From NCBI GenBank assembly GCA_964016885.1, contig OZ024741.1:172050001-172114000 (forward strand): a stretch of 64,000 nt of DNA. Direction: 5' to 3'. Shown here in pieces: positions 37,930-52,097 of this stretch. A model generated the notes under the pieces. The model was not told where the DNA came from. It saw only the letters and a program-made list of their open reading frames with translations, and did not search any database. The position numbers were made by a program, and so were the translations under genes. Origin of the DNA: Eledone cirrhosa. Its lineage: Eukaryota. The first letter of the stretch is position 1. Each line of letters starts with the position of its first letter.

Positions 37930-39207
37930 TAGTTAAAACAAAAAAAAAACAAAAAAAATAAAAAGAAACCGAAGAGGCAGTACAAAGTGTTAATATTAGG
38001 TTCACACTTGAGATTGGGGGTTGGGGGAGACATTTCGGGCATAAGCCCTTCATCAGGAGAAACGTCGGTAGGAAAAGAGTTCCGAGGGTGTCAGTGGGAG
38101 TGGTGGAAAGACATTAAAATGGGGGCAAGGGGAGGGGAAAATGTTTAGAGGGTAAAAGAAATTAAAATGAAACAAGTGGTGAAAGGGTCGGAGACGTGTA
38201 GGGGTTGTGGTGGGTGGGTGAAGGGGAGGGGAGAGGGAGAGAGGGGGTCCCGGGGGTGGAAGGTGGTGTGTGTGTATGTGTGTAGGTGGTGGTGCTGAAG
38301 GTGGTGGTGTTGGAAGAGGCGGAGGATCGTGCGGTGGAATGGTAGGGTGGAGGGGTGGTAGGTGTGGGGGAAGGGGAGACGATGGGTGGGGTGTGGGGCG
38401 TGAGGTGTGGGCAGTGGAGCGGTGGACTGCGTGGGCGTGAGTGAGGGCAGCATGGACGAGGGAGATGGTAACCTCTCTGGATGAAATGGCTGACCAGAGA
38501 CAGTGCCTGAGTCTCGAAGTCAGCACCTCGGTCGGCTGCAGAGGCGGTGGATCCGGAGGAGTCGGGAGTAGGGAATGGAGTGTTTGTTGTGTGTAGGGAG
38601 GGAGGAGGTGAAGTCGAGGTAGGAGTGGGAGGAGGTGGGTTTGAAGAAGGCGGAGGTGACGAGGGAACTGTGGGAGGGGTCGATGGCGACGGAGATGTCC
38701 AAGAAGTGGACGTGGGTGGAGGAGACAGAGGTGGTGAAGTGGAGGATGGGATGGAAGGAGCAGAAGAAGGGGAGAAAGGAGTCGAGCTGTTCTCGGTGAG
38801 GGTCGTGGTTGTCGATGTACCGACCGTACAGTTCGGGCGAGGAGCCCGTGTATTGAGCAAAGATTTGGGCCTCAACATGGCAACGAAAAGGTTGGCATAT
38901 TTGGGGCCCATTCTTGTGCGCATGACTACCTCAGTGACCTGCTGGTAAAACTCATCCGAGAAGGAGAAGCAGTTAAGTGTGAGGACCAGCTCGGCGAGAC
39001 GAGGGAGGGTGGGGGTGGATGGGGACGGGGTGGGGGGAGTTTGAGGTAGTGCCGGAGGGCGCGTAGGCCGTCGGCTTGGTGGATGATGGTGTAAAGTGAC
39101 TTAACGTCTAGGGTGAAGAGGAGGGGGTTTGTGGGCCGGGTGGGAAAGTGAGGGAGTCGAACAGGCGAAGGGCGTGGTTGGTGTCGGAGATGTGGGAGGG
39201 GAGGGCA
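37930..39207 (-). mobile_element. Decayed Penelope/Neptune-like RT fragment, C-rich, EN not visible
   Basis: SHISDTNHAL, LFTLDVKSLYTII, MGPKYANLFV, KPTSSHSYLDFTSS..SIPYSRLLRIHRLCS, RGY. Confidence 0.82.
38028..38060 (-). ncRNA. Penelope-type minimal hammerhead core (helix I not evident)
   Basis: Reverse complement reads CTGATGA-A-GGGC TTAT GCCC-GAAATGTC, downstream of the RT ORF. Confidence 0.6.
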
Positions 39208-39240
39208 TATATATATATAAATACATATATATATATATAA

Positions 39241-39300
<60 letters not shown>

Positions 39301-40178
39301 CGATCAAAGCGATCGACGGACATCCGTCAGTTTCTTGTATAGAAGTGACGACAATATATTTTTCTTTATGTTGTTGTTTAACTCCAAAACTACCCTGATT
39401 AATTAGATTTATATGTTCAGACGCATCGCAATCGTAATAATCTTGTGTTTTTGCATATTTGGAAGCATATGTTCTTTTTGCGTTTTGTATATTTTTTTAG
39501 ATATGATGCATTAGTGATATTTTGGCACTATTTTTAGCTGATTGAGTGGCCATGAATATATCCTCTCTTATTAGCTTCTTTTTCTGCTGCTGATATAATG
39601 GAGGATTTAAAACTGAGAGAAGACGGACATGACAATAGCACAAGTAAATCGATATTATTGGGTAAACTTCTGAAAATTGTAGTCGTTCGCATGCCATGGG
39701 GAATGATTTAAATGAGTGAAAGTTCTGAGCATTCACAACTACGATAATATTAAAAAAAAAGATTTCCTTTTTTTCTTTCCTTTGAAAGCCTTTGTTCAAA
39801 ACACTGCTATTGCCATCTCCCCGCGGCAAGTAAACTTATTCAAATTTGCAAACATCACTAAATTATATTTGCCAACGCAAACCTCCAATAGTTTTTCCTC
39901 AGTTTTTATTTGCTAAATCAATATCAGCCATTTTACCGAGTAAACTATGTGAGAAAATGATATGTATATGATAGTAATATTTTCCAACACCTTAACTAAC
40001 ATATCTAACAATGGTAAAAAGTTCTCAACTCTGAGTAAACATTGACTATGTACCTCCAAAGTGGTGCACCTTACAAGCACATTTTAAATACACAAACATG
40101 CAGAAAGAGAAAACTTAGCTCATTCTTTCGGTTCCTATTTCGTTTTCTTCTTATATTTCTGTATTATTTTCTTCTATA

Positions 40179-40372
40179 GAGCGGTGGACTGGCAGTATTG
40201 GTAGATGGGTCGGACGCCATGCTTTGCAACATAGAGTTACAGCACTTTACGGTCTTAGTTCAAATCCCGCCGAGATTAACTTTGCCTTTCATCCTTACGG
40301 GGTCGATAAAATAAAGTACCAGTAATTCACTGGGTTAATTGCTGCCCTTGGTGCCAAAAATAGAAACAATCA
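40179..40372 (+). mobile_element. tRNA-derived SINE
   Basis: A and B boxes and body as in the 13833 unit. Confidence 0.88.
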
Positions 40373-40782
40373 TTTTCTTCAATAACTTTCCTAGTTACCT
40401 TCTTTTGTTCTGTGATTATCTTCTAATTTCGTTTTCCTTGTTTCGTTTCTACTTTTTTCTTACTCTTCTGTCTTTACCGCCTCACGTTCCAAACTTCTGT
40501 ACTTGCTTTTCGTTCCGTTCTCTCCCACTTTCTTCATATTCTTTCTCACTTTGTTCATTCGTTCATTACTTATTCCCTTTTCATTCGTTCCTTCTTTTCT
40601 CCTTTCGTTTCGTCTTTCATTCTTTCTCTAATGCCTCCCTTTCTTTCGCCTTTACTTCTTTTCCATGTTTTTTTATCTCTTTACCTCATTCTTTCGTTCA
40701 TTCTTTTTTCTTCCTTCTCTTCCTTCTTTACATTCTACCTTTCTTTTTCTTTGTTTCAGTTTTCACCATTTTATTCTTATAC

Positions 40783-40885
<103 letters not shown>

Positions 40886-41085
40886 AAGTTAAATAAAAGT
40901 CAAATGATTAAAATTTAGCTTCGTTTATTACTGCTATATATATTTCAGTGACAGCCATCTTTGGCTGTGACCTCTTCAGGCAGTTTGAATTAGTATGGTA
41001 TAGACAAGTACATATGTTGTTTAGGTGTATGATATTGTCAATACTCTGATATGCCCAGTTCCTTGTTGGGTTGTTAATTCACTGG

Positions 41086-41565
41086 TTGTTAACACATAAT
41101 GAGAACCCTAATCTAAGCACGCAGAGGCCGCCCACCCTCTGCAACTGTAGAAACCCCGAATCATGCCCCCTTGGTAATGAATGTCTCAAGAAGAACATAG
41201 TGTACGGTTGTAGGGTTAAAACCCCCAACTCCGAACACCTCTACATAGGAGCCACATCAACGAGCTTTAAGGACCGCTGGTACAACCATCGCCATTCATT
41301 CAAGAAGGAGGCCAAAAGGAAAAGCACAGCTCTCTCCGACCTGATCTGGAAGCTTAAGCTGGACAGGACCCCATACTCGCTGGCCTGGTACATAATCAGG
41401 AAAGTACCACCCGATAAAGGGGGATCTTGCATATGCAAACTATGCCTGAACGAGACCCTCGAGATACTAAGAGGTGGAAGCGGCCTGATAAACCTCAGAA
41501 CCGACTTCTTCGGGACATGCAGACACCTTAGAGCCGGGACCTTTCTCAAAATATATGGACAGTAG
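41086..41565 (+). CDS. PLE GIY-YIG endonuclease domain (truncated ORF)
   Basis: CNCRNPESCPLGNEC..IVY..YIG..FKDRWYNH..CKLC..E..IN..CRH. Confidence 0.88.
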   Translation: MLTHNENPNLSTQRPPTLCNCRNPESCPLGNECLKKNIVYGCRVKTPNSEHLYIGATSTSFKDRWYNHRHSFKKEAKRKSTALSDLIWKLKLDRTPYSLAWYIIRKVPPDKGGSCICKLCLNETLEILRGGSGLINLRTDFFGTCRHLRAGTFLKIYGQ

Positions 41566-41720
41566 CAACACAAGAAGATTTGAACTCCCCTCAAGCTATA
41601 GGGACTTCTACAGAACATGAAAACACCTCTCGGCCAGACCTCCCTCAAGCTATATGGACAATTACAACACCCTAGGTTGTGAACTCCCCTCAAGCCATAG
41701 GGAACAACCCAGGCGGAGCA
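41555..41720 (+). repeat. Degenerate ~50-bp tandem repeat in the PLE 3' UTR
   Basis: CTCCCCTCAAGCTATA(G/T)GGAC recurs at about 41585, 41640 and 41684. Confidence 0.7.
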
Positions 41721-42756
41721 GACACCATGATAGCCTAGAGACAGAATCGGACACAGCCATAATAATCTGGCCAACATCTATAACACAAACACTTTTAATT
41801 TACCAGATTTCTGACTTTAAAGTTCCAATCTTAAATCTTGATTTCTCTATATTAATTTGTTATTTGTTTTCTGCCCTCTTCACTGTATAACCTTATATTT
41901 ATATTTATTTTAAGTTGAGATAGATTATAACACAAACACATTGAATATCTCATCTTAACATCTTGTATCATACCAATCTATCCAACATATTCTGACCTTG
42001 AGATTGGTTATAGCACACACACACACACACTTTATCCTACATTATTTCTCACTTCTCCATATACATTATCATTACTTTTTCACCAATCTCTCATTTACTC
42101 TTTATTCTTTATTCTCTATTTATTTATTTATTTTCAAATTACACAAATTATATTAATTATTTTATTTTATTATATTATTTATTTATCTTCTGTTTTCTTC
42201 ATTTATTGCCTTATATTTCTTCATATACATGAAATAACCCCCCCCCCCGCCACCACCACTACGGTGGTGGCGGGTGGGATGAAGAGAAAACACAAACTGA
42301 ATACTTCTAAATTGTTAGCAGCAGCAAGATATAAGCTGACCACTACAACAACAACAGTACCAAAATAATGGTGGAGGTCAAATGTACTGAACAATAGCAG
42401 GCATAAACACTACAGGGAGCCTCACCCCAGAAAGAATTCTATAGACTTCTGACTGAGGAATGCTCTCAGAACTGAACAATGGGAAGTTTGACACATTTTT
42501 TGATATTTTGTTCCTTCAACACCTTGTCCCTTCTACCATTTTATCAATTTTTAAGCTAACTCCAACAATGACAACACTAATAACTGACCAATGAGAGGAG
42601 AAGGGGACCTGTGACACTAAAATTCGTTTGTTTAAATTCATATGACTCCAGTTCCCCAGTGAATTAACAACCCAACAAGGAACTGGGCATATCAGAGTAT
42701 TGACAATATCATACACCTAAACAACATATGTACTTGTCTATACCATACTAATTCAA

Positions 42757-42811
42757 ACTGCCTGAAGAGGTCACAGCCAAAGATGGCTGTCACTGAAATA
42801 TATATAGCAGT
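42757..42811 (+). ncRNA. Type I hammerhead ribozyme (inverted copy at 40930-40984, minus strand)
   Basis: ACTGC-CTGAAGA-GGT C ACAGCCA AAGA TGGCTGT C ACT-GAAAT-ATAT-ATA^-GCAGT. Confidence 0.9.
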
Positions 42812-42957
42812 AATAAACGAAGCTAAATTTTAATCATTTGACTTTTATTTAACTTTATTTTACACTACTCCGGAGTAACCAAACCAACCTGCGCACTTCG
42901 TCGAGTGCTCCAGCCTGCATACTGAGGTGTTGGTATACAACCAACATAAACTCAAAA

Positions 42958-43024
<67 letters not shown>

Positions 43025-43664
43025 TTCCTTTCAGTAGACAGCTATTTTTTCTTTTGTTTGTTTGTTTGTTTCTTAATTGATTAATTATCTCTTTCGCGTT
43101 TGTTTATTTTATACAGTCACTCACACCATTAAATGAAAGAAGAAATGGAAAATACAAAAAGGCAGTTTGTAAAATATACACAACCTTATGCGCATATATA
43201 CATGACATTTGGAACGAAAATAAAAAGCAGTCATACACCCACGCCATCACTAACAAAACCAACACCCCAATAATAACAAACTTGTAACTATATCACAAAC
43301 AAGAAGAAAAAGAATCACAGACACATCAAGAACGACAGAAAAAACAACAACAGCAAGAACCAATATCACACACGTAAGCTACATTAATTTCACGGTTGTA
43401 AATAAATACAACGAGGTGTTGAGTTTTCTATGAAGAAATAACGAGGAAAGGAGATTGAAAATGACTTTCTTCAGATTACCTTTTCATGAATTTCTCATAG
43501 AAGCCCCTCAATTAAGTGAAATGATTCAGCAACAGAGTAGCCAAAGACATATGTACAGACCTTTCAAAGTATATTCTAAAACTGACCGTTTTACCCGATT
43601 CTCCATCAACATAGCTTTACTAAGAGTAGCAAATATATATGCATTTCATCTGGAATTACCGTGA

Positions 43665-45150
43665 GAGCATAATAGGTCAACTCGGCCAAGTTGGAGGTGG
43701 TGAACGTCAGCCTCTATGCTGCGACCTTTGCAGCCTCCGTCTTGGACGTGCGGCCCATTCTGCGCCAGGTTCAGGTGAACCCCAAAGAAGATGTCCTCAT
43801 CCTCGGGTCACCGATCCACCCGCTGGCCATCCGCTCCACCATCAGGTCCAGTCTTCAACAGCTCCAGACTCTCACGAGTCGACTGGGCTTGATTGACGGC
43901 CACCCAGCACTCTTTCTGATGAACTGCTTCGCCATGCCGAAGCTCCTCTATACACTCCACAGCGCTCGATGCTACACCCATACATCTCTCCTCGCTGACC
44001 TCGATACTTGTATCCGAGCAGCAGCCGAGGGGATATGCAAGGTCAAGTTTGACGACATAGGGTGGCAACATACCACTTTACCGGTCAGGTATGGCGGCGT
44101 TGGCCTCCGGTCCCCGATCTCACTAGCTTTGCTGGCGTATCTTTCGTCGGTAACCTCGTGCCGCGTCCTCGTTAACAGGGTTCTTCAAAACACAACAGAA
44201 CCCTCTGTGTTCAGTAAACGTGAGGCCGCCTGTGAGACGTGGACCGCCTGGGACTTAGCCCAGTAGACGTCCCTCCTCCTTCTCCCCCTATTGACGTCAA
44301 GTCCCCCCAACGCACTTGGGATGCCATCCAGTGCAACCTGGCCTCAGACAGGCTCACGCACCAGTTCAACCAGCACCGCCTTGCTTGTTTTCGTGCGGCC
44401 TTCAAATCCCACAGTGGTGCCTGGCTCCATGCCCTGCCCTCCTTCTCCACTAGCACGCAGATAGACAACCATAGCGTGCGAATCGGCGTTTCCATAGGGC
44501 TCGGCTTCCAGATCTGCCAGCCACACCAATGTCGCTGCGGTTCCAGCGTGGACTCTTTCAGTCTCCACCCGCTTTCCTGTCGCCATAGGGCCGGCCGCAT
44601 TCAACGCCATGCTGCCTTCAACGAGGTCATTAAGCGTGGGTTAGACGCTGCAGGCTTCCCTTTTTAGCTCGAGCCGGTGGGGATGGATCGAGTGGAGGGC
44701 AAAAGGCCAGATGGCATGACCATCTTCCCGTTCCGCGGTGGCAAACCCCTCGTCCGGAATGCCACTACACCGACACCTTCTGCAGCCGCAACCTGGTGAA
44801 GTCTGCGACTGACCCAGGTTCTGCTGCACGTCGGGCTGAGGGGGCCAAACTCCTCAAATACCGGTCGCTCTCCGACAGGTTGGCGGTCGTACCCCTGGCA
44901 GTGGAGACTTCTGGTGTCCTCGGCCCCAGGGCTACCTCCTTACTCACCACCATAGGCCCTGAGCTGGCGAGTTGGAGTGGTGTGAGCCCTGCGAGTTGGA
45001 GTGGCTTTTCCAGCGCGTCTCCCTTGCCGTCCTTCATGGAAACGCCTTCTCCATTCTGCCCGCCGGGGCTGTGGGTGGGCCCCATCGCGTACCAATACAT
45101 TAGTTAAATACCATTCTTTCATCTGCTCTGTTTATGTTTTCATTCTGAAA
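43665..45150 (+). mobile_element. CRE-like non-LTR retrotransposon 3' part (end of RT, CCHC, restriction-like endonuclease), decayed
   Basis: LGSPI, PKLLYTL, TLPVRYGGVGLR, HSGAWLHALP, CRCG..HPLSC..RH, LEP..GKRPDG, K..KY, PLAVETSGVLG. Confidence 0.85.
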
Positions 45151-45268
45151 GAATTGCAAACGATTTGTTGGTGATTTAGTCGCTTACTTAACTATTTCAT
45201 GTCACTACACATATGTATGGTAGCCATTAGTGAGACCATAATGTTCGGGCTATATGCACTCACTCACC

Positions 45269-45449
45269 TTGGACAAATAGGAAGCGTATACATTTTTTTA
45301 TCGGAATGGATCGGGAAGTGGAGTGCTTGTATCTCGTTGTACAGCGAATCACACTGAACCCAGACAGTATGTCGGTGGCCCAGGATATAAACAACAGCAA
45401 CGTTCTGCTTTTTAATACAAGCGGAAGAATAAAATGACATCTTAGGCAC
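45269..45449 (-). other. Possible host exon ending at a consensus splice donor
   Basis: Two open frames in apparently unique sequence ending at AAG|GTGAGT; no recognisable domain. Confidence 0.3.
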
Positions 45450-47004
45450 ACGTTGAGATTGTGTGAGCCTAGCCGATAGAAAACAAAAGGGGATTAAACC
45501 ATACTATTCTGCTTAGGCATTTCCAACTGTCTGACAAGTAGCAATTGATTTTCTCGAATGTACCAGTGTAAATTTAGAGCAATCACAGTAGGTCATCAAT
45601 ATCGTATTTAGATAAGGTATTTGTTAAGACAATTGTCAGGGATAGGGAAATAGAACCAGAATTTCTACTAGTCGAGTACTTCGACCTGACGTTAAGATTT
45701 GTATCGTCAACCTAACTAGGACACATCGACTGCTGGAAATTGATCACCTCGTTTCTGATACGCTCAACCTTTAAATATCAAACTTAGATACGCGTGGTTG
45801 GCAGTGGAAAATAGCAACAACTGGTGTTGGGAAATTCTGGAGGGAGCGATTAGAATAGAACCAATAAGTTTTAGTAAATAAGTAGATATGGAGCAACTTT
45901 GGAAAAGCGAATGTGATGGCATTGCTTACATTTTGTGTATTTTGAGCGTCTAAATTAATTTCATCAAACGTAACAGGAAATTGATCTGGCAACTTTGCTT
46001 GGCTCATCTATAAAAACTATTGTAAACTTTCCAGACACTGTCGACACTGAGGATCATCAGAACTTGCCATTTAATAGAAACCCTGTTTGAGTGTAATATA
46101 TCAAATGGCAAGCTCTATTGATTCCTATTCAAATAAGGTTCCTAAGTTCAAATATCTAGTCTATGCAAATATAACCTAGTCGTGATTCTGTTTGTATTTC
46201 ACCCTGTCTTTTGCTTATGCAAACTTTCATACTGTTCTGGATATACATGATCATGCTACACAAAATAGTTTCCACTCGAACAGTGACAAGACTGATAACA
46301 TTTTAATGTTTGCGGTTAGTTTTCCGCTTTCTTGTGAGATGTTAATATTTTATCCAACCTATATCTAGCAGAATAATTTCTTTATTTACGATTCTGTCGA
46401 AAAAAGTATAAAAGAAAGTTTTCAAATCCTCAATGTCAATAGATTTGTTGAAATTCTCTATTCACGTTTAACTTCGATTTTCTTTGAGATGGCATTTAAA
46501 AGAAAAATCTCCAAATAGTTACAGCATGTCGACATTTCACAGTCCGATGACTGAAAACAGTAGTAGTTGAATGAACAAAAAAATGATTATCTCTTCAGTG
46601 CCAACAGGATGCTCTTTAATCTTTACTATGTTGTCAAGATTTATAAGTTTCAGCTTATCGTTTAGTTACTCAAGAAAGCACTATGACGTCTGAGACTGCA
46701 TATTCTTCAGCTAACGACTCATTGACATGAATTTAGAACAGTTGATTACGAAAATAAGTTGTAATGAAACATCACAAATTTATGTAAATCTAGATGTGTA
46801 CCAGTGTTAACTATTTAATAAGAAGGACGTGTGGTCTCAATAAGAAAAATCTTTTACAATTATTGGCATCATTACATTGAAATCAATAATGATTTGCTGA
46901 ATTAATTGCTGTATAGATTGAATAGTGTGAACTACTAAACATCTTTGAATTTTCTGATATAATGTTTTATACTGTTAACGCGGCGAAAGAAGTGCAACGC
47001 TCAT

Positions 47005-47130
47005 GACGCTTTTCAAAGCCTTCCAAGGCTGACGTGAAAGACGGAGGATGGATTAACCAAGCGAGTATTAAATCAAGCGACGGATTAAGTCTATTATAAA
47101 AAGGGCAACAGCGTGTTTTGATTCAGAGTG
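47005..47130 (+). promoter_or_regulatory. Possible Pol II core promoter
   Basis: TATAAAAAG at 47096, Inr-like TTCAGA about 26 nt downstream, TGACG half-sites near 47005 and 47030. Confidence 0.25.
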
Positions 47131-47261
47131 CAAAGAGTCGGAACAAATACCACAAGATATCTCGTTGATTCTCTGACAATTTCACCACACAGTTACCTTT
47201 AATGAAAGATACTATTGGCTTCAGTAGAACTTGAACTTGGAGCACAAAAAGCAGAGGAAAA

Positions 47262-47620
47262 TAATTGTTTCTAGCATAAGTACAAGGTCTGTAATTTTAG
47301 GGGAGAAGGAAAGTTGATTAAACCAGCCCCAGTATATCAATTTTACTTTATTTTATTGATCCCAGAAGAATAAAAGGCAAAGTTGACTAGAGTGGGATTT
47401 GAAATCAGAATGTAGGGGGTCGTCCGACGTTCTAATGATTCTGCTACTCCACCACCGTGCTTTTATATTAATTCCTAATATTGACACAAGACCAGCAAAT
47501 TGTGAGGAAGGGCAAAGTTGGTACTTTATTTTATCGAATCCCTGGGCAGGGGCTAGGTGAATGACAAAGTTGATCATGGCAGGATCTGATGTCAGAATGT
47601 AAATAGCCCGAACAAATACA
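47262..47620 (-). mobile_element. Two old degenerate SINE copies
   Basis: AAAAGGCAAAGTTGAC..GGATTTGAA and GGTACTTTATTTTATCGA remnants. Confidence 0.6.
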
Positions 47621-48759
47621 GGATTGGCATCTTATACGAGGGTCTGCCAATTATGCCAATCAACAACCCCTAGCCCGAACAAATAATGCAAATTAGTTTA
47701 TCATACGAGCTATCGACTCAGTAAATACGCTGCCTATTTATGTTCATTCTTAGAATGCTAAGCAACCGCATAAATGCCTCATTTTTGGCCTGTGTGTAAA
47801 ATTATTTAATGGATCTCTCTTAGTTTCGACGGTGCGTTTTCTCTTTGCTCAGTTAATGGAACGCTATACTCATTAGATTACTTCATAAGTGGCAGTGTAT
47901 TCTACAGACAATGTTTACTACTAATAGGTATGTGATCTAATCCAAAATGATCAAAGGCCCAACGTCAATGCCTGCGGGTTTTGTCTCAATAAACCAAAAA
48001 ATGAAAAATTAAACTCCGCATAGCAACAATTGAAAGTATTTATTCGAACATTACCCTGCCTGGTAGTCTGGTAATTATTTGTCGACTTGTTCGATTCTTT
48101 CATCCTTCTTGAGAAAAGTAGAAGGTATCTAGTTTTACATAGATTTACAATTCATGGAATAATGCTTCGACTTCTTTGACTGTTCTTACTACACTTATGA
48201 ACAACATAGACCGCATTTAAAAGAAAGTCTCTTGATTGATTTGATGCGAGTAACACACTAATACTTTTCAAACTCTAGCCTATAGGCCAGCATTCTCATC
48301 ATTCCAACAGACTCTGTTTCTCTTTTGTGTGTAAAAATTCCACCGTGAAAAACACTCGTCTTTCCCTCATCCTCTCGTGACATGACACAACACTAACGGC
48401 TATACCTAAATCCCCACCTCCTCACAATTTCAATATTCTTGCGGCAACGTAGCAGAATTGTTATAGTGTAAGAAAGACAAAATATCTTGCGGTGTAAATT
48501 CCGGTTCACTGTGTTCAGATTTCAAATCTCTCCCAAGTAAAATTTGCTTTTCATTTTTCGTGTCTGCAAAGTAAAGTAAGAACCTAAGATGAGGAAATGG
48601 TGGAATTGTTAGAGCACCAGACGTGATGCCTTGTGGCATTTGTTCCAGCTCTTTGCTGGATTTGAACCAAGTCTGTGATTTAAGTTTGTCTCCTTTCATC
48701 CTCCCATCAATGTCGGTGGTCCTGCACAGTCGTGGGAACCACGATCCTTCACTGATTAA

Positions 48760-48975
48760 ATAATTGTTTCTACAATTGGCACAAGGCCAGAAATCTGAAT
48801 GGAAGGAGGAAGACGATTAAATCGACACTAGTGTGTTACTGATACCTCATTTTATCGACCCTGTAAGGATGAAAGGCAAAGCTAACTTTGGTGGTATTTG
48901 AACTCGGAACGTAAAAGATCCTGACTATATTCCTCAAAGCATGCTGTCCGACATTTCATCGATACTGCCAATTGA
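48760..48975 (-). mobile_element. tRNA-derived SINE
   Basis: TTTTATCGACCCTGTAAGGATGAAAGGC..TTTGAACTC..GATACTGCCAAT. Confidence 0.8.
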
Positions 48976-49669
48976 ATAAATAATAGTTTCGACAATTGTC
49001 CTCCTTTCTGCACCTGTCCTATCATCATCAACTTATGTAAGCCTTAAGCTGACCGTCAATAGCATCAATCTAACTAGCCTTGGAAAGCCTGCTAATGTCG
49101 TGGCTTTCTTTCTGTCTAAACCATTAACAACAGAAAATTATTTTTAGATACGATTATTGGCTGTTATATATTTTTTACGTTAATCATATTAACAATATTT
49201 CAGAAATGCTTTTTAGATTAAATGTTGATGTGTAAGCTGGCTAAACATAAATTCTTAATTGCCGAAAAGCCATTTCTGGATTAAGAATGCTCTACGTAAT
49301 CTGAAGAGCCACATAAACTCTATTATAGAGGAACTATTCGGGAGATTAGCAATATTGAAATAAGCTTGGATAACTACATAAAACCTAGTAGAGAAAAACC
49401 AGCTTTTAAATGAAGAATTCTACTCAGTATATTGAAGGATGAACCAAGGGATTATTTTTCATAATTTCCTGATTAAGGAATAGCAATATCGAATAACTAA
49501 ATGCAGACACCACTGTAGAAGAAAATGCATTGCAACTAACAAAAATATAGTGATTTAGTTGATTTCGTAACCGATTTGTTACGAGTTCGATGATCATGTG
49601 CGAAAGGGATATTTGTCAAGTAGCAGGTATCACCTCACAAGATAGTCTCGAATTGACCATGTATAATTA

Positions 49670-49745
<76 letters not shown>

Positions 49746-49749
49746 ATAT

Positions 49750-50577
49750 ATATTTATTAAATTAACAGATTAAAGTTTAAGCAAAGAATCGCTGCTTTCA
49801 GGTATGTGCGTGCGCTTGTTATATAAGTATTTATTTACTTATATACGTTTATATAATTATTTATTTATTTGTACACAAGCATACACACACACACATATTT
49901 ATATGTGCGTGGTTTCGTAGACCTATGGTAAGGTTTTGCGGATGCTTGTGTATGTACGTATCTGTTTGCGTGTATGTATTTATTTGTTTCTATTACTTCT
50001 GTATTGTATTTATTTAAATTGTTCTTAACTCTGTAGCGGAGATTCATTTGGTCTCCTAGTTAGTATTTTAGTCTACGACTTCTGCTATACCATTTACGTG
50101 GTTTTGTCTTTGCGTGCTATTGTTCTCCACGCTCCACATATGACTTATTATCTTCGTTTCTTCGTTCATTGCCAGAGAACGTCTCTATGCACCACCTAAG
50201 AGAACATTAGTCTATGACCTCTTTTATACCATAAACGTGGTTCTGTCTTTGCGCGTAATTGTTTTTCACCGCTCCTATTAATGACGTATTATTCGTTTTT
50301 TCCCGTTCTTTACCAGCGAACGTTTCCACGAACCAAAGTATCGTCTTCCTGTCTTCCTCCGGTTGCAACGTTGTTTGAAATATCCAGTTCTGCGTTTACA
50401 GATTGACTTTGTTAGTTTCAGAAGATCCCGTTAAGGGTGAAAGCAGCGATTCTTTGCTTAAACTTTAATCTGTTATTTTAATAAATATTTGCTCTACGGT
50501 TTTTATATATTTGATATATATTTTCCTTATCGAGCCCTCTTTGGATTTTAGTCTTCAATTTTATTATTATTACTATA
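49750..50577 (+). mobile_element. PLE 3' region/pLTR (family of 5270-8442) with a 50-bp inverted 5' arm; HHR variant at 50414-50464
   Basis: Matches 5270-6035 in reverse; 49750-49799 is an inverted copy of 50438-50488; (TA)n flanks. Confidence 0.9.
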
Positions 50578-51217
50578 CATGTATATATATATATATATAA
50601 AATACTACACAAACAGAACAGGATTTCACCTAAGGTGCATGAAATGCGTATATAAGTATGTATTTATGCATTGACGTATATAGATGTGCCTCATTCATGT
50701 ATTTCTCTGTAGACAGAAAATGATGAGCTTCTTGAGCTGAGTTTTTAACTAAGTTGGGACCTTCGTCAGAAGCTATCTACATATTTTACAATCAATGTAT
50801 GAATACATAACTAAAGCACTGGATCTACTAATCATGTAGCTAGAGGTATAGACTATATTAAATTTGAAATATAGTCGACTCAATGCAAATAACCATAGCC
50901 AGTTGCGAATCAACGCAAACAATTCTGTCCACTTTTTTCTATCTCCAGGCGTACTTTACACAATTTTCTGGACTAATATTTATAAACATCGACTGTTACA
51001 ATAAAACTTTGTGCTTTTGCTTCGCTTTAAGGGTGAAAGCAGCGATTATTTGATTAAACTTTAACCTGTTATTTTAATAAATATATATATATATATATAA
51101 ATATCTGAAATAAATTTAATTAAATTAAATTAAGGGAGTCATGTCCGAGACATGCACCATATCCACCGTAGAATAAGCTCAAAGATCCCAATGAATAGAT
51201 CCGAGCATTTTATATCA

Positions 51218-51731
51218 ACTAGGAATTGATTGACATATATATATTTTTAAAATAAACACATGAAACAATCACAGGGAATAATTTGTGAAGTGTGTATACA
51301 CATAGCTAGGTAGGTAACTAATTAAAGTTTAACTAGAGCTTCAAATATTACCTTTTTAAAAAATGATTAATCCTCCTTGTATATTTTTCATTAAAGAAAT
51401 ATATTTCACCAATAATCCGTAAAGTCACAGTAGTCAAATTTTGGAACTTTAGCAAGGGGGAAGAAATAATTATCTGTGTTTACACATCAAATGCAAATCT
51501 GCGAGTGACCTGTCGCACGTGTTGCAATTCTAAAACTACTGACAACATACTAGCGTCCTCCCATTGGCGTGAATAGGGTGGTCGACAGCTATAAATAGCA
51601 GCCGAGTCTTTTCAACCGATTTAGTTCTACAATTAAGGAGCCGTTTATATATCCGAATTTACAAATTATTCCCTGTGATTGTTTCATATGTTTATTTAAA
51701 ATATATATATATATGTCAATCAATTTCTAGT
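51218..51731. repeat. ~70-bp inverted repeats enclosing ~370 bp (MITE-like)
   Basis: 51218-51286 is the reverse complement of 51661-51731. Confidence 0.75.
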
Positions 51732-51832
51732 TGCATTAAGCTATATTCAATACAAACAATCACATATACAACCGTACACACACAGGGAAACTTATACAGA
51801 CATACAGACAGCTATATATATATATATATATA

Positions 51833-52045
51833 TATAGGAACGAGTAGGACCCCGACGGCTGAGCTCAAGCCGTTTCGACGGCTAATTCTGGACTAAAATT
51901 TAGATTTTAGTCCAGAATTAGCCGTCGAAACGGCTTGAGCTCAGCCGTCGGGGTCCTACTCGTTCCTATTACCCACTCGACTACCCTAAGTATTGAGTAC
52001 TTTGGTGCGTTATGGTCCACCTGGTTCCTTACCACATTTCCTTCG

Positions 52046-52047
<2 letters not shown>
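51833..52047 (+). mobile_element. Palindromic mini-insert holding the 3' half of an HHR plus tail
   Basis: 51833-51899 and 51904-51969 are perfect arms; GAAAC-GGCT..AGCC-GTC^; tail ACTC..GAGTAC; (TA)n flanks. Confidence 0.8.

Positions 52048-52097
<50 letters not shown>

Noticed and set aside
38053-38948. Pro-rich and Gly-rich ORFs
   Set aside because: Alternative frames or antisense of the C-rich PLE RT fragment
39497-39916. 110-aa ORF as a host gene or transposase
   Set aside because: No recognisable motifs or splice support
50620-50775. Minus-strand CTGACGA as a hammerhead core
   Set aside because: No matching GAAA with closing helices I and II could be paired
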